Shown here piece after piece: positions 9,611 to 20,321 of a stretch of 64,000 nucleotides of DNA. Under the pieces are notes generated by a model. It made no database searches. It saw nothing but the letters and a program-made list of their open reading frames with translations, and was not told the origin of the DNA. Position 1 is the stretch's first letter; the number at the start of each line of letters is the position of its first letter. Source of the stretch: an uncultured Actinomycetes bacterium (GTDB lineage Bacteria > Actinomycetota > JAICYB01); assembly GCA_963789445.1 (NCBI GenBank), contig CAWBKS010000001.1:1680497-1744496 (forward strand), written 5' to 3'. The translations under genes were made by a program, and so were the position numbers.

Positions 9611-10897
9611 CTACCCCAGGAAACCTTCGTAGTGACGCATGAGGAGCTGTGACTCGAGCTGCCGCATCGTCTCCAGCGCGACACCGACGGCAATGAGGAT
9701 GGACGTTCCACCGAACGGGAACGCCGATCGCTGGACGGGAGTCGCGGCGGCAACGATCGACGGCAGGATCGCCACAGCCGCGAGGAAGAGGCTTCCCGGA
9801 ACGGTAAGCCTCGTCAGAACTCGGTTCAAGTACTCGGCCGTCGGCCGTCCGGGTCGGATCCCCGGGATGAATCCGCCGTATTTCCGGATGTAGTCGGCCT
9901 GCTGCACGGGGTTGAACGTGATCGCGACGTAGAAGAACGTGAAGGCCAGGATCAGGATGAAGAACATGAGGATGTACGGGATGCTGTCGGCGCTTGCGAA
10001 GTACTTCGTCACGAAGTCCCGCATCCACTGCCACGGTGCCGCGCTCGAGATCAGCACCGGGATGTACATGACCGATGACGCGAAGATGATCGGAATAACA
10101 CCAGCCTGGTTGACCTTGATCGGGATGTAGGTCGACCCACCGCCCATCATCCGGCGTCCAACGATCCGCTTGGCGTACTGAACCGGAATCCGACGCTGTC
10201 CTTGTTCGACCAGCACCACGGCGACCACGATCGCCAGGCCGATGACGAGGAATACCCCCGCGCCGAACGGACCGAGCGTCGAGTAGATGACGCTGGAGTT
10301 GGCGGGAAGGTCGGAGATAACGCTCGAGAAGATCAAGATCGACATACCGTTGCCGATCCCGCGCTGGGTGATGAGCTCGCCGAGCCACATGATCAGTCCG
10401 GTGCCTGCCGTCATCGTCAGAACGATCAGCCCGATACGCGCCGGCGTGAACGTTGGAACCAGGTCGACACCGAAGTTGTTCGGGTTGTGGAACAGGAAGA
10501 CCAGACCCGTGGACTGGATCAGCGCGAGGACGATGGTCATGTAGCGCGTCCACTGCGTGATCTTGCGCTGTCCGATCTCGCCTTGCTTCTGCCACTCCTC
10601 GATGCGCGGGATCACGACGGCGAGCAGCTGCATGATGATCGACGCCGTTATGTACGGCATGATCCCCAGCGAGAAGATCGCGAATCTCGTCAGCGCACCA
10701 CCGGAGAAGAGGTTCAGGAAGGAGACGACACCCCCGGCTTCACGGCCCCGGTCGATCAGCTGCTGGACGGCCGCGTGATCGATACCTGGGTTCGGAATGT
10801 TGGCGCCGAGGCGATAGATGCCGATCACCAGCAGGGTGAACAGGATCTTCTTGCGTAGGTCCGGGACCTTGAACGCGTTGCGCATCGCATTCAGCAC
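9611..10897 (-). CDS. secY: preprotein translocase subunit SecY
   Basis: Intact 428-aa ORF with 10 TM segments and typical SecY motifs (LGIMPYITASIIMQLL, GGSTYIPIKVNQAGVIPIIFASS). GTG start. Confidence 0.95.
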   Translation of the reverse strand: MLNAMRNAFKVPDLRKKILFTLLVIGIYRLGANIPNPGIDHAAVQQLIDRGREAGGVVSFLNLFSGGALTRFAIFSLGIMPYITASIIMQLLAVVIPRIEEWQKQGEIGQRKITQWTRYMTIVLALIQSTGLVFLFHNPNNFGVDLVPTFTPARIGLIVLTMTAGTGLIMWLGELITQRGIGNGMSILIFSSVISDLPANSSVIYSTLGPFGAGVFLVIGLAIVVAVVLVEQGQRRIPVQYAKRIVGRRMMGGGSTYIPIKVNQAGVIPIIFASSVMYIPVLISSAAPWQWMRDFVTKYFASADSIPYILMFFILILAFTFFYVAITFNPVQQADYIRKYGGFIPGIRPGRPTAEYLNRVLTRLTVPGSLFLAAVAILPSIVAAATPVQRSAFPFGGTSILIAVGVALETMRQLESQLLMRHYEGFLG

Positions 10898-10900
10898 GAG

Positions 10901-11337
10901 CTAGATCACCTCGGTCGTACCGCCGGCACTCCGAATCTTCTCTTCTGCTTGTTTGGAAAAGCGGTGGGCGCGCACAGTCAGCGCCTTCGTGATATCGCCT
11001 TCGGCGAGAACCTTGACCTTGCTGCGGCGCCGGACGATCCCTCGAGCCGAGAGCTCATCCGGCGTTACGACTGCGCCGGCTTCGAATACGTCTTCGAGCC
11101 GGGACGACGTTGACCACCGCGTACTCGACGCGGTTGCGGTTCGTGAACCCGCCCCACTTCGGGAAGGCGCCGCTGCAGCGGCATCTGTCCACCTTCGAAC
11201 CAGGGGTGCACGCTGTTGCGGGCCTTCTGGCCTTTCTGGCCCCGGCCCGAGGTCTTTCCTTTGTTCGCGTTGCCCCGGCCCACCCGCTTCTTGCGGTGCT
11301 TGGATCCGGGCGCCGGCTTGAGGTCGTGAAGCCTCAT
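10901..11337 (-). CDS. rplO: 50S ribosomal protein L15 (uL15), 1 frameshift
   Basis: N-terminus [59 protein letters not shown], then a frameshift. C-terminus ...[39 protein letters not shown], translated manually, ends at the stop at 10901-10903. Confidence 0.85.
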
Positions 11338-11519
11338 GACTGCCCCTCAGTCACTTCGATGAGGTGTTGGACCTTGAAAATCATTCCCCTAACCGTTGGC
11401 GAGTCGGGGTGTTCCGCGGTGGACCCGATCTTTCTAAGGCCGAGGGCGCGAATGGTCCGCCGCTGGGTCGGGTTGCAGCCGATAGTGCTTCGCTTTTGAG
11501 TGAGCTTCAACTTCGCCAT
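11334..11519 (-). CDS. rpmD: 50S ribosomal protein L30 (uL30)
   Basis: Intact 61 aa, [58 protein letters not shown]. It overlaps rplO (ATGA). Confidence 0.9.
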   Translation of the reverse strand: MAKLKLTQKRSTIGCNPTQRRTIRALGLRKIGSTAEHPDSPTVRGMIFKVQHLIEVTEGQS

Positions 11520-12178
11520 CAGCGCTTACCTCGTGGCTTGCGCGGCTTGGAATCGGTCTCGTCATCGACGGCCACGGCCGAGCCGGCTTCGGCGGCCCGA
11601 GCGGCCGACTTTACTTCGGCTTCCTCCATCCGGCGCAGCATCACCGGAGAAGCAACCTCTTCGAGGGAGCGGCCGCGCAGGCGAGCGACCTCCTCCGGAC
11701 GCCGGAGGCCCTTGAGGCCGGCCATCGTGGCGTGAACGACGTTGATCGGGTTGGTCGTCCCGAGGATCTTCGCGAGGCAATCTTCGATGCCGGCGCACTC
11801 GATAACAGCCCGCACGGCACCGCCGGCGATGACTCCGGTACCCGGGGCTGCGGGCTTGAGCATCACGCGGGCGGCTCCGTCCTGGCCGATGATCTCGTGC
11901 GGGATCGTGGCGCCGATCATCGGCACCGTCATCATGCTGCGCTTCGCGTATTCCTCGGCCTTCTGGATAGCGGAGGCAACTTCCTTTGCTTTGCCGTAGC
12001 CGATACCCACGCGTCCGTTGCGGTCGCCGAGCACGACGAGCGCGGTGAACGAGAAGCGGCGTCCACCCTGCTGAACCTTGGCGACGCGGTTGATCTCGAC
12101 TACCCGCTGCTCGAACTGCGAGCGCGAGTCGTCATCGCGCGGGCCGCGGCCCTGGCCTCCTCTTCGTTGATTGCTCAA
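11519..12178 (-). CDS. rpsE: 30S ribosomal protein S5 (uS5) with a C-terminal extension
   Basis: Intact 219 aa, ...[57 protein letters not shown]...[57 protein letters not shown]..., plus an Ala/Glu-rich tail. Confidence 0.95.
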   Translation of the reverse strand: MSNQRRGGQGRGPRDDDSRSQFEQRVVEINRVAKVQQGGRRFSFTALVVLGDRNGRVGIGYGKAKEVASAIQKAEEYAKRSMMTVPMIGATIPHEIIGQDGAARVMLKPAAPGTGVIAGGAVRAVIECAGIEDCLAKILGTTNPINVVHATMAGLKGLRRPEEVARLRGRSLEEVASPVMLRRMEEAEVKSAARAAEAGSAVAVDDETDSKPRKPRGKR

Positions 12179-12561
12179 AACTCAAGTCCTCCCTCGCGGG
12201 CTCCATCGGCCAGCGACGCGATGCGGCCGTGGTAGTTGTATCCACCCCGGTCGAAGGCGACCTTGCTGACTCCGGCTCCCTTCGCCCTTTCGGCAACGAG
12301 AGCGCCGACCTGCTTGGCCCGGGACTTCTTCGCCTCCTTGGCACCGCGAAGGCCGCTGTCGAGCGTCGACGCGGCGGCCAGCGTGCGGCCCGAGGTGTCG
12401 TCGACCACTTGGGCGTAGATATGCCGAGCCGACCGGAAGACCGAGAGCCGGGGCCGGTCCGGAGTGCCGATGATCTGTTTGCGGACGCGCTTGTGCCGGC
12501 GGATGCGCGCGACCCGCCGGTCGCGGGCCTTCTTTCGTCCAGAGATAGTTGCCGTCGTCAC
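12175..12561 (-). CDS. rplR: 50S ribosomal protein L18 (uL18)
   Basis: Intact 128 aa, ...[33 protein letters not shown]...[34 protein letters not shown]. Confidence 0.95.
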   Translation of the reverse strand: MTTATISGRKKARDRRVARIRRHKRVRKQIIGTPDRPRLSVFRSARHIYAQVVDDTSGRTLAAASTLDSGLRGAKEAKKSRAKQVGALVAERAKGAGVSKVAFDRGGYNYHGRIASLADGAREGGLEF

Positions 12562-13094
12562 TTCGCAGCCTTTCCGACCTTGCGTCGCACCGCTTCGCCC
12601 TCGTAGCGGATCCCCTTGCCCTTGTACGGCTCGGGCGGACGGATCTTCCTGATGTTGGCAGCCGTCTGTCCGACGAGTTCCTTCGACGCGCCCTTCACCA
12701 CGATGCGCGTGGGGGCCGGCACCTCGAAAGTGATCCCGTCCGGAGCCGGCACATCGACCTGGTGCGAGTAGCCGACCTGCAGAACGAGGTCCTGACCCTG
12801 TAGTTGTGCGCGGTACCCGACGCCCTGGATCTCGAGTGCTCTTTCGAATCCGCTCGAAACGCCTTGGACGATATTCGCCACCAGCGCTCGCGCCAAGCCG
12901 TGGAAGGCCTTGTGGTCACGATTGTCGGACGGTCGCTCGAGAACGAGGGTGTCCTCCTCACGGCGCACGCTGATCACCTCGGGGAACTTCGCTTCGAGCG
13001 TCCCGAGGGGACCCTTGGCCGTGACGACGCCGGCGGCGATCTGAACATCGACACCGCTCGGCACGACCACGGGCATCTTTCCTACTCGGCTCAT
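12558..13094 (-). CDS. rplF: 50S ribosomal protein L6 (uL6)
   Basis: [55 protein letters not shown]...[21 protein letters not shown]. The first in-frame M is at 13109 (overlapping rpsH), so the likely start is ATG at 13094. Confidence 0.93.
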   Translation of the reverse strand: MSRVGKMPVVVPSGVDVQIAAGVVTAKGPLGTLEAKFPEVISVRREEDTLVLERPSDNRDHKAFHGLARALVANIVQGVSSGFERALEIQGVGYRAQLQGQDLVLQVGYSHQVDVPAPDGITFEVPAPTRIVVKGASKELVGQTAANIRKIRPPEPYKGKGIRYEGEAVRRKVGKAAK

Positions 13095-13095
13095 G

Positions 13096-13503
13096 TCACC
13101 AAACCTCACACATGACTTCGCCGCCTACCTGCTGACGGCGGGCTTCGCGGTCCGTCATCAAACCTTTGGAAGTCGAAACTATTGCGATCCCCAGCCCGCC
13201 CTGAACGCGCGGCAGGTCTTGACGGCCGGCGTAGACGCGCAGCCCGGGCTTGGACACTCTCTTGATGCCCTTGATCACCGGTTCGCGGCTGTTCGTGTAC
13301 TTCAAACGGATCCGGATCTCCGACTGGATCGCGGCCGGGATCACCTCTACCTCTTCCAGGTAGCCCTCGCTCATCAAGATCTCGGCTATGCGCACCTTGA
13401 CTCGCGAGTGAGGCACACGTACCTCACCGTGCCGAGCGCCCAGTCCGTTACGGATCCTCGTGAGGAGGTCGGCGATCGGGTCTGTGACCACTCCGATGCT
13501 CAT
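13096..13503 (-). CDS. rpsH: 30S ribosomal protein S8 (uS8)
   Basis: Intact 135 aa, MSIGVVTDPIADLLTRIRNGLGARHGEVRVPHSRVKVRIAEILMSEGYLEEVEV...GGLGIAIVSTSKGLMTDREARRQQVGGEVMCEVW. Confidence 0.95.
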   Translation of the reverse strand: MSIGVVTDPIADLLTRIRNGLGARHGEVRVPHSRVKVRIAEILMSEGYLEEVEVIPAAIQSEIRIRLKYTNSREPVIKGIKRVSKPGLRVYAGRQDLPRVQGGLGIAIVSTSKGLMTDREARRQQVGGEVMCEVW

Positions 13504-13692
13504 CTACCAGCTCGCCTTCTTCACGCCGGGGATCTCACCGACGTGAGCCAGCTCGCGGAAGCACAAACGGCACAGCTCGAAGCGGCGATAGACCGCGCGC
13601 GGACGCCCACAACGGCGGCAGCGCGTGTAGCCCCGAACCTTGAACTTGGGCTTCCTCTTGAATGTCTTCTCGTAAAGTGCTTTCCGAGTCAT
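13504..13692 (-). CDS. rpsN: 30S ribosomal protein S14, short Zn-binding (type Z) form
   Basis: Intact 61 aa, [62 protein letters not shown]. The CxxC...CxxC Zn ribbon is present. Confidence 0.9.
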   Translation of the reverse strand: MTRKALYEKTFKRKPKFKVRGYTRCRRCGRPRAVYRRFELCRLCFRELAHVGEIPGVKKASW

Positions 13693-14333
13693 CGCACACC
13701 CACTTCCTGTTCGCCGCCGCGGGCTCGGAACGGGAATCCGAGAGCCTCGAGGAGTGCGAATCCCTCATCGTTTGTTCGAGCCGTCGTTACGAATGTGATG
13801 TCCATGCCCAGCTGCTTCTGGACCTTGTCGTAGTCGATCTCGGGGAAGATCAGCTGCTCCGTTACTCCCATCGTGTAGTTGCCCCGTCCATCGAAGGCGT
13901 CGGGGTTCAACCCTCGGAAGTCGCGGATACGCGGCAGGGCGATCGAGAGCAGCCGATCGCAGAACTCCCACATGCGAGCGCCGCGAAGTGTCACCTTCGC
14001 GCCGATGGGCATGCCGGCCCGGAGCTTGAACCCGGCGATCGACTTGCGCGCTTTTGTGATCACGGCCTTCTGGCCCGTGATCACGGCGAGGTCCTCGGCT
14101 GCTACCTCCAGGATCTTCGGATCGCGGACGGCCTCGCCCAGGCCCATGTTCACGGAGATCTTCTCCAGCCTGGGCACTTGCATGACTGTTGTGAATCCGA
14201 ACTTGTCCTTGAGCGAAGGCACTATCTCGGACCTGTAACGCTCGTGCATGCGCGGAGACACGTGGCCGTTGCTCGACGCCTTGGCCGCGGCCGCGGGCTC
14301 TTGTTCGGTTGTGGGTTGTGCCTGCTCGGACAT
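13689..14333 (-). CDS. rplE: 50S ribosomal protein L5 (uL5) with a short N-terminal extension
   Basis: [118 protein letters not shown]...[33 protein letters not shown]... The first M of the ORF is at 14354, so the likely start is 14333. Confidence 0.9.
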   Translation of the reverse strand: MSEQAQPTTEQEPAAAAKASSNGHVSPRMHERYRSEIVPSLKDKFGFTTVMQVPRLEKISVNMGLGEAVRDPKILEVAAEDLAVITGQKAVITKARKSIAGFKLRAGMPIGAKVTLRGARMWEFCDRLLSIALPRIRDFRGLNPDAFDGRGNYTMGVTEQLIFPEIDYDKVQKQLGMDITFVTTARTNDEGFALLEALGFPFRARGGEQEVGVR

Positions 14334-14335
14334 GA

Positions 14336-14662
14336 CTAAAGCTCTCCTCCGCACTTACGGCAGACGCGCTGCTTACCGGTTTCGGTGACCTTGTAGCCGA
14401 CGCGCGTCGGGCCGCAGGACGGACAAATGATCTGAACGTTCGAGGAATGCACGGGCGCTTCCTTCGTGATGATTCCGCCCTCTTGTCCGGACCGCCCGCG
14501 GGCGGCGCGAAGCTTGAGGTGGCGCTTCACCAGATTGACGCCCTCGATGATGAGCCGAGTGTCGGCGGGAAAAACCGCGAGAACACGGCCTTCCTTACCG
14601 CGATCCTTGCCCGTCATCACCCGGACTGTGTCGCCTCGACGGATCTTCGTCTTCAAAGTCAT
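14336..14662 (-). CDS. rplX: 50S ribosomal protein L24 (uL24) with a C-terminal CxxC-x17-CxxC zinc-ribbon extension
   Basis: Intact 108 aa. The KOW domain reads [45 protein letters not shown]. The C-terminal tail is ...[34 protein letters not shown]. Confidence 0.9.
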   Translation of the reverse strand: MTLKTKIRRGDTVRVMTGKDRGKEGRVLAVFPADTRLIIEGVNLVKRHLKLRAARGRSGQEGGIITKEAPVHSSNVQIICPSCGPTRVGYKVTETGKQRVCRKCGGEL

Positions 14663-15031
14663 CTAGAGCACCTCCGGCGCAAGAGAGACGATCCGCATGA
14701 AACGCTTCTCGCGGAGCTCACGCGCAACCGGGCCGAAGATGCGCGTGCCGCGTGGGTTGCCGGCGTCATCGAGGATCACGATCGCGTTGTCGTCGAACTT
14801 GATGTAGGTGCCGTCCGACCGCCGGGTCTCCTTGCGCGTGCGGACGACGACGCCTTTGATCTTCGTCCCGGGCGAGATCGCGCCACCGGGCACGGCGTCC
14901 TTCACCGTCCCGACGACGAGGTCCCCGATACGCGCGTAACGCCGGCCGGAACCACCGAGCACCCGTATCACGAGCACTTGGCGGGCGCCGGTGTTGTCGG
15001 CGACACGCACTCTGGACTCTTGCTGGATCAT
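14663..15031 (-). CDS. rplN: 50S ribosomal protein L14 (uL14)
   Basis: Intact 122 aa, [50 protein letters not shown]...[32 protein letters not shown]. Confidence 0.95.
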   Translation of the reverse strand: MIQQESRVRVADNTGARQVLVIRVLGGSGRRYARIGDLVVGTVKDAVPGGAISPGTKIKGVVVRTRKETRRSDGTYIKFDDNAIVILDDAGNPRGTRIFGPVARELREKRFMRIVSLAPEVL

Positions 15032-15288
15032 TCTCTGGCCTTCTCGACTACTTCGACGACGCGCCAGCGCTTGAGCTTCGACATCGGCCGGGCTTCCATG
15101 ATCCGGACGACATCTCCGACCTTGCAGTTGTTGTCAGCGTCGTGCGCGTAGAACTTGCGCTGGCGCCGCATCGTCTTCGAATACAACGGGTGGCGCGACG
15201 TCTGTTCGACGCGGACGACGACCGTGTTCTGCATCTTGTCGGACACCACGCGCCCGACCTGGGTCTTGCGATTACCGCGCTCGGTCAT
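15028..15288 (-). CDS. rpsQ: 30S ribosomal protein S17 (uS17)
   Basis: Intact 86 aa, ...[74 protein letters not shown]. Confidence 0.95.
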   Translation of the reverse strand: MTERGNRKTQVGRVVSDKMQNTVVVRVEQTSRHPLYSKTMRRQRKFYAHDADNNCKVGDVVRIMEARPMSKLKRWRVVEVVEKARE

Positions 15289-15545
15289 GACTGCTCACCT
15301 GCGCCTTCGCTTCGCTGCAGCGTGGCCGCTGCCGTTTCGGTTGCAACAGACGCAGCGGCGAAATCACGCTGGCGCAGCACCGTCTTGATCCTGGCGATGT
15401 CCCGCTTCACCTGAAGGAGCCGGCGGTGGTTGTCGAGCTGACCGGTGGCGAGCTGGAACCGGAGGTTGAAGAGCTCCTCCTTCAGCTCGGCGATCCGACC
15501 GTGCAGCTCATCGGTCTCGAGGTCTCTAACCTCTGCAGGCTTCAT
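15285..15545 (-). CDS. rpmC: 50S ribosomal protein L29 (uL29) with a C-terminal extension
   Basis: [66 protein letters not shown]... The start is taken at MKPAEV. The ORF track extends upstream to 15689 through the first in-frame M. Confidence 0.85.
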   Translation of the reverse strand: MKPAEVRDLETDELHGRIAELKEELFNLRFQLATGQLDNHRRLLQVKRDIARIKTVLRQRDFAAASVATETAAATLQRSEGAGEQS

Positions 15546-15964
15546 GCCGTCGGTATCTCCCCACGCTTCAAGACGCGGCTCGGAAGTGGAAGCTTGTGAG
15601 CGGCCAGACGCAATGCGTCCTTCGCGATGTTCTCGGGCACACCCGCGAGCTCGAACAGAACGCGTCCGGGCCGGATGGCAACCACCCACTCTTCTGGGTT
15701 GCCCTTACCGGATCCCATCCGTGTCTCGGCGGCCTTCTTCGTGACGGGACGGTCGGGGAACACGGTCACCCAGACCTTTCCGCCGCGCTTGATGTGACGG
15801 GTCATGGCGACACGAGCCGCTTCGATCTGGCGGTTCGTCAGGTAGCCGTGGTGGGTCGCCTGCAGGCCGAAGTCGCCGAAGTTCACGGCCGTTCCCCCCT
15901 TGGGATGTGACCGGATCCGGGCCCGGTGCTGCTTGCGGTGTTTGGTGCGCTTCGGCATCAACAT
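15542..15964 (-). CDS. rplP: 50S ribosomal protein L16 (uL16)
   Basis: [127 protein letters not shown]... ATG at 15964. The ORF track starts upstream at 16375 through a spurious N-terminal extension. Confidence 0.95.
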   Translation of the reverse strand: MLMPKRTKHRKQHRARIRSHPKGGTAVNFGDFGLQATHHGYLTNRQIEAARVAMTRHIKRGGKVWVTVFPDRPVTKKAAETRMGSGKGNPEEWVVAIRPGRVLFELAGVPENIAKDALRLAAHKLPLPSRVLKRGEIPTA

Positions 15965-15968
15965 CTGG

Positions 15969-16784
15969 CTATTCCCCTGCTCCTTCGCCTTGCGGCGTGG
16001 CGGCGGGCGTCTCGCCGTTGGGGGCGGCGCCCGTATCTGTGGTCTCGGTCGTGGCCACCGCGCCCGCCTCGGGCTCGGCCGGCCGCTGGCGACGTGCCGT
16101 ACGGCGCCGGACTCTCTCCTTGGCGGCTTGGCGGATCCGTTCCTCCTCACCACTTGGAAGGATCTCGCCGCGGTAGATCCAGACCTTACAGCCGATCCGT
16201 CCGTATTTGGTTCGGGATTCGTAGAAGCCGTAGTCGACGTCGGCGCGCAGGGTGGTGAGCGGAACCCGGCCCTCACGGTACGTCTCACGCCGGGCCATCT
16301 CGGCCCCCGCGAGGCGTCCGGAGCACTGCACCTTGATGCCCTTGGCACCGGCACGCATGCAGTCCTGGACCGCACGGCGCATGGCGCGACGGAAAGAGAT
16401 GCGGCCGGCGATCTGCTCGGCGATGGCCTGCGCTACCAATGCGGCCTCGAGCCCGGGCTGTTGGACCTCGAGCGCGTCGACGCGAACCTCGGTCGTGCCG
16501 GTCATCTGCTGGATCTTCTGCTTGAGGTGCTCCACTTCGGCTCCCCGGCGGCCGATCACGATGCCCGGCCGGGCGGTGTGGATGTCGACACGTACGCGGT
16601 CACGCGTTCGCTCGATGTCGACGCGCGAGATCATCCCGTGAGGGAGCTCTTTCTTTATGTAGTCGCGTATCGCCAGGTCCTCGTGGAGGTAGGTGCGGTA
16701 CTCCTTGCCATCCGCGAACCACTTGGCCTTCCAATCGGTGGTTATCCCAAGCCGGAATCCGTATGGATTGATCTTCTGTCCCAT
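15969..16784 (-). CDS. rpsC: 30S ribosomal protein S3 (uS3) with an acidic, Thr/Ala-rich C-terminal tail
   Basis: Intact 271 aa, [47 protein letters not shown]... Confidence 0.95.
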   Translation of the reverse strand: MGQKINPYGFRLGITTDWKAKWFADGKEYRTYLHEDLAIRDYIKKELPHGMISRVDIERTRDRVRVDIHTARPGIVIGRRGAEVEHLKQKIQQMTGTTEVRVDALEVQQPGLEAALVAQAIAEQIAGRISFRRAMRRAVQDCMRAGAKGIKVQCSGRLAGAEMARRETYREGRVPLTTLRADVDYGFYESRTKYGRIGCKVWIYRGEILPSGEEERIRQAAKERVRRRTARRQRPAEPEAGAVATTETTDTGAAPNGETPAATPQGEGAGE

Positions 16785-17176
16785 TAGCGAGCCCTCCTGC
16801 TGCCGCCCGCCGGAGCTTCATCGAGATCCCGGGCCCGGACGATGACCGTGATGTGGGCCGTCGGCTTGTGGATGCGGTTGGCACGGCCGTAGGCGCGCGG
16901 GATCCAGCGTTTGATCCGGATCCCCTCGTCGACGACCGCGCTGTGAACGTAAAGCCTGTCTTCGGGGAGGTCGAAATTGTGCGTGGCGTTCGCTACGGCC
17001 GACTCCAGCACCTTCGAGACCAGCCGCGCCCCTTTCAGTGGCGTGAAGGCGAGGACGCGCCGAGCCTCCATCAGCGGCTTGCCACGGATGATGTCCACCG
17101 CGCGCCGCGTCTTGATCGGAGACGAGCGAACCCACTTGGCCACGGCTCGTCCCTCTCTCACGTTGCGATCGGCCAT
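16784..17176 (-). CDS. rplV: 50S ribosomal protein L22 (uL22)
   Basis: [120 protein letters not shown] at 17176. The upstream part of the long ORF 16784-17737 is spurious. Confidence 0.9.
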   Translation of the reverse strand: MADRNVREGRAVAKWVRSSPIKTRRAVDIIRGKPLMEARRVLAFTPLKGARLVSKVLESAVANATHNFDLPEDRLYVHSAVVDEGIRIKRWIPRAYGRANRIHKPTAHITVIVRARDLDEAPAGGSRRAR

Positions 17177-17178
17177 GA

Positions 17179-17460
17179 CTAGCGCACCCTCGAAGCTCTC
17201 TCCGACGCACCGTGCTTGCGGTATGTGCGGGTAACGGCGAACTCGCCGAGCTTGTGCCCGACCATCGCCTCGGTGATGAAGACCGGGACGTGCTTGCGTC
17301 CGTCGTGAACGGCGATCGTGTGCCCAACCATCTCGGGCGTGATCGTCGACCGCCGGGACCACGTGCGGATGACGCGCCGCTCGCCGCGGGCATTCATCTG
17401 CTCGACCTTCTTCTTTAGAGGCTCGTCCACGAACGGGCCCTTCTTCAGGCTTCGCGGCAT
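17179..17460 (-). CDS. rpsS: 30S ribosomal protein S19 (uS19)
   Basis: Intact 93 aa, [83 protein letters not shown]. Confidence 0.95.
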   Translation of the reverse strand: MPRSLKKGPFVDEPLKKKVEQMNARGERRVIRTWSRRSTITPEMVGHTIAVHDGRKHVPVFITEAMVGHKLGEFAVTRTYRKHGASERASRVR

Positions 17461-17463
17461 CCG

Positions 17464-18297
17464 CTATCGCCTCTTCCTCTTCTCGCGACGACGGACGATG
17501 AACTTGCTGGACGGCTTGCGCTTGGAACGCGTGCGGCGCTCGAGCTTGCCCCACGGGCTGGAGGCCGGGCGGCCGCCCGAAGCCTTGCCCTCGCCTCCGC
17601 CGAGCGGGTGGTCGACGGGGTTCATGGCCACACCGCGAACCTTGGGACGACGGCCCTTCCAGCGGTTGCGACCGGCCTTTCCGATCTTCACGAGCTCGTG
17701 CTCGGCGTTGCCGACCTGGCCGATCGTCGCCTTGCACCGGATGTGAACGAGTCGGATCTCGCCGGATGGCATGCGCACATTCGCGTAGTCCTTCTCCTTC
17801 GCCATCAGCTGCACGGATACGCCGGCGGAGCGTGCGATGCGTCCGCCCTGACCGGGGACCAGCTCGACGTTGTGGATGACGGTTCCGTCGGGGATGTTCG
17901 CCAAGGGCAGAGAGTTGCCGGGCTTGATTTCGGATTTGGGGCCCGAGCGCACGGTATCGCCGGCCTTCAGGCCGTCGGGCGCGAGGATGTACCGCTTCTC
18001 ACCGTCGGCGTACGCGAGTAGCGCAATGCGGGCCGAACGGTTGGGGTCGTACTCGATGGCCTGCACCTTGGCCGGGATCGCGTCCTTGTTCCGGCGGAAA
18101 TCGATCACCCGGAGTTTTCTCTTATGGCCACCGCCCCGGCGACGGGAAGTGATGCGGCCGTGCACGTTGCGACCGCTGGTGCGGCGCTTGCTGACGGTGA
18201 GCTGCTTCTCGGGCTTCTTCTTCGTCAGCTCGTCGAAGGACGCAACGGTCTGGAACCGGCGTCCGGCTGATGTTGGTTTTCTCTGGCGTACAGGCAT
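17464..18297 (-). CDS. rplB: 50S ribosomal protein L2 (uL2)
   Basis: Intact 277 aa, [33 protein letters not shown]...[49 protein letters not shown]... Confidence 0.95.
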   Translation of the reverse strand: MPVRQRKPTSAGRRFQTVASFDELTKKKPEKQLTVSKRRTSGRNVHGRITSRRRGGGHKRKLRVIDFRRNKDAIPAKVQAIEYDPNRSARIALLAYADGEKRYILAPDGLKAGDTVRSGPKSEIKPGNSLPLANIPDGTVIHNVELVPGQGGRIARSAGVSVQLMAKEKDYANVRMPSGEIRLVHIRCKATIGQVGNAEHELVKIGKAGRNRWKGRRPKVRGVAMNPVDHPLGGGEGKASGGRPASSPWGKLERRTRSKRKPSSKFIVRRREKRKRR

Positions 18298-18299
18298 GT

Positions 18300-18587
18300 C
18301 TAGGCCTCGAAGATCGCGATCTTCTCGCCCGGAGCGAGAGTTACGACCGCACGACGAGAATCGGAGCGCGTGCCCCGGATGAAGCGACGGCGTACGGACT
18401 TACCGCGCCGGTGAAGCGTGTTGACGCTGCGCACACGCACGTTCCAGATCTGCTCGACGGCTCGGCGGATGTCGGGCTTGGTCGAGCCGGGAGCGACGAC
18501 GAACGTGTACTTACCCTTCTCGGCTTCCGCGTACGTCTTCTCGGAAACGATCGGGCTGACGATGATGTCCCTGGCGTCCTTGGTCAT
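18300..18587 (-). CDS. rplW: 50S ribosomal protein L23 (uL23)
   Basis: Intact 95 aa, [63 protein letters not shown]... Confidence 0.95.
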   Translation of the reverse strand: MTKDARDIIVSPIVSEKTYAEAEKGKYTFVVAPGSTKPDIRRAVEQIWNVRVRSVNTLHRRGKSVRRRFIRGTRSDSRRAVVTLAPGEKIAIFEA

Positions 18588-19279
18588 TCCCCATCACCAC
18601 CCGGGGACTCGGTGTTGGTTTTGTCTTCTTCTTTGCTTGGTTGTTTCCCAGTTCCGGACGCTCGCGACTGAAGCGCTTCCAGAGCTGCCTTTCCAAAGAC
18701 GATCCAATCGGCGTTGAGGATGTCGTAGACGTTCAGCTGGTGCTCGGCGATCACGTGTACGGCCGGAAGGTTTCGGAACGCGAACGCGACCTTGACGTCG
18801 TCTTCCGCGGTCGTGAGCACAACCAGGGCCTTGCCTTCGACATTCCAGGCCTTGAGCGCCGCAACCGCCTCTTTCGTCTTCGGCTTGTCGAAGCTGAATC
18901 CATCTACGACGACGACTCGTCCGTCGCGCACGCGCGCGGACAGTGCCGAACGAAGGGCGAGGGCCTTCATCTTCTTGGGAACCGAGACCGAGTGGTCGCG
19001 TGGCTTGGGCCCGAAGGTCACACCGCCGCCCTTCCACTGCGGCTCACGGGAGGACCCGTGGCGTGCACGGCCCGTTCCTTTTTGACGCCACGGCTTCGCG
19101 CCTCCACCACGCACCTCGGCGCGCGTCTTCGTGGAGTGCGTCCCGGAGCGCCGGGCGGCCAGTTGCGCCGTCACGACCTGATGCATCAGAGGAACGTTGA
19201 TCTTCGCCGAGAAGACGGTGTCGTCCAGGGCTACCTCGCCCGATTCGGAACCGGCCGGCGTGAGCACCTTGAGGTTCAC
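18584..19279 (-). CDS. rplD: 50S ribosomal protein L4 (uL4) with a C-terminal acidic extension
   Basis: Intact 231 aa, ...[57 protein letters not shown]... Confidence 0.95.
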   Translation of the reverse strand: MNLKVLTPAGSESGEVALDDTVFSAKINVPLMHQVVTAQLAARRSGTHSTKTRAEVRGGGAKPWRQKGTGRARHGSSREPQWKGGGVTFGPKPRDHSVSVPKKMKALALRSALSARVRDGRVVVVDGFSFDKPKTKEAVAALKAWNVEGKALVVLTTAEDDVKVAFAFRNLPAVHVIAEHQLNVYDILNADWIVFGKAALEALQSRASGTGKQPSKEEDKTNTESPGGDGE

Positions 19280-19923
19280 AACGGCCTCCGAACCGCCGAC
19301 CGGACGATCACCAGTCCGCCCACCGGGCCGGGCACGGCACCTTTGACCAGGATGAGGTTGCGCTCGGAATCCACGCGAACGACTTCGAGATTCATCATCG
19401 TCACGCGCTCGTGGCCCATGCGACCGGCCATCTTCTGTCCCTTGAACACGTGGTGAGGAGTCGTGCCGGCTCCGATCGAGCCCGGCGTTCGGTGCTTGCG
19501 CTCGGTGCCGTGGCTCGCGCCCAAACCGTGGAACCCGTGGCGCTTCATCACGCCGGCGAAGCCCTTGCCCTTGGACGTGCCGATGATGTCGGTGAGCTCA
19601 CCGGCTTCGAAGAGATCGGCCTTGACCTCCTGTCCCACTTGGAACTGGGAAGCGTCCGCTACGCGCAGCTCGACGAGATGACGATGCGGATCGAGCTTCT
19701 TCGTCTTCAGGTGACCGAGCTCGGGCCTGTTGAGCTTCGCCTCCCTGATCTCGCCGAAGGCGAGCTGGATGGCGGAGTAGCCGTCGCGCTCGGGTGTACG
19801 CACTTGCGCGATCCGGCAGGGGCCGGCCTCTATAGCGGTGACCGGGATGGCGCGAGCCGCTTCGTCGAAGATCTGAGTCATTCCCAGCTTCCGGCCGAGG
19901 ATCCCTTTGGTAACGACGGCCAT
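19276..19923 (-). CDS. rplC: 50S ribosomal protein L3 (uL3)
   Basis: [73 protein letters not shown]...[53 protein letters not shown]... The ORF's first M is at 19938, so the likely start is 19923. Confidence 0.9.
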   Translation of the reverse strand: MAVVTKGILGRKLGMTQIFDEAARAIPVTAIEAGPCRIAQVRTPERDGYSAIQLAFGEIREAKLNRPELGHLKTKKLDPHRHLVELRVADASQFQVGQEVKADLFEAGELTDIIGTSKGKGFAGVMKRHGFHGLGASHGTERKHRTPGSIGAGTTPHHVFKGQKMAGRMGHERVTMMNLEVVRVDSERNLILVKGAVPGPVGGLVIVRSAVRRPL

Positions 19924-19927
19924 CACG

Positions 19928-20263
19928 TCACCTACCAATGCCTGGAAGCTTGATCTCGATGCCGACGCCGGCCGGGAGCTCCAGCCGCGTTAGGTCTTCG
20001 ATAGTTCGAGGTGTGGGATCGACGACGTCGATGAGCCGCCGATGTGTCCGCATCTCGAAGTGCTCGCGTGCGTCCTTGTCCTTGTGTGGCGAAGTCGTGA
20101 CACAGAAGATCTTCCGATCGGTGGGCAAAGGAACGGGGCCCGAAACTCGGGCCCCGGATCGCAGCACTGTGTCGACGATGCGCTTCGCCGACAGGTCGAC
20201 GACCTCATGGTCGAAGGCCTGCAGCCTGATACGGATCCTTTGCGTCGACGAAGCTGACATCTC
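19928..20263 (-). CDS. rpsJ: 30S ribosomal protein S10 (uS10)
   Basis: [108 protein letters not shown] at 20263. The upstream part of ORF 19928-20374 is leader sequence. Confidence 0.9.
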   Translation of the reverse strand, partial: EMSASSTQRIRIRLQAFDHEVVDLSAKRIVDTVLRSGARVSGPVPLPTDRKIFCVTTSPHKDKDAREHFEMRTHRRLIDVVDPTPRTIEDLTRLELPAGVGIEIKLPGIGR

Positions 20264-20321
20264 TTCCTTTTCGAGTTGCCTATTGTTCTTTTGTTCCTTC
20301 GGGTTACTTAGAGCCCATTGG

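Noticed and set aside
8952-10595. 547-aa minus-strand ORF
   Set aside because: Only its last about 215 codons (8952-9600) are adk. The rest overlaps secY in another frame and has an Arg/Pro/Asp-rich junk composition, so it is a GC-driven open frame rather than a fusion protein.
20143-20163. Perfect 9-bp-stem palindrome GGGGCCCGA-aac-TCGGGCCCC resembling the intergenic GGGCCC hairpins
   Set aside because: It lies inside rpsJ and encodes the conserved ...SGARVSGPV... segment of S10. It is most likely a coincidence of codon choice rather than a regulatory element.
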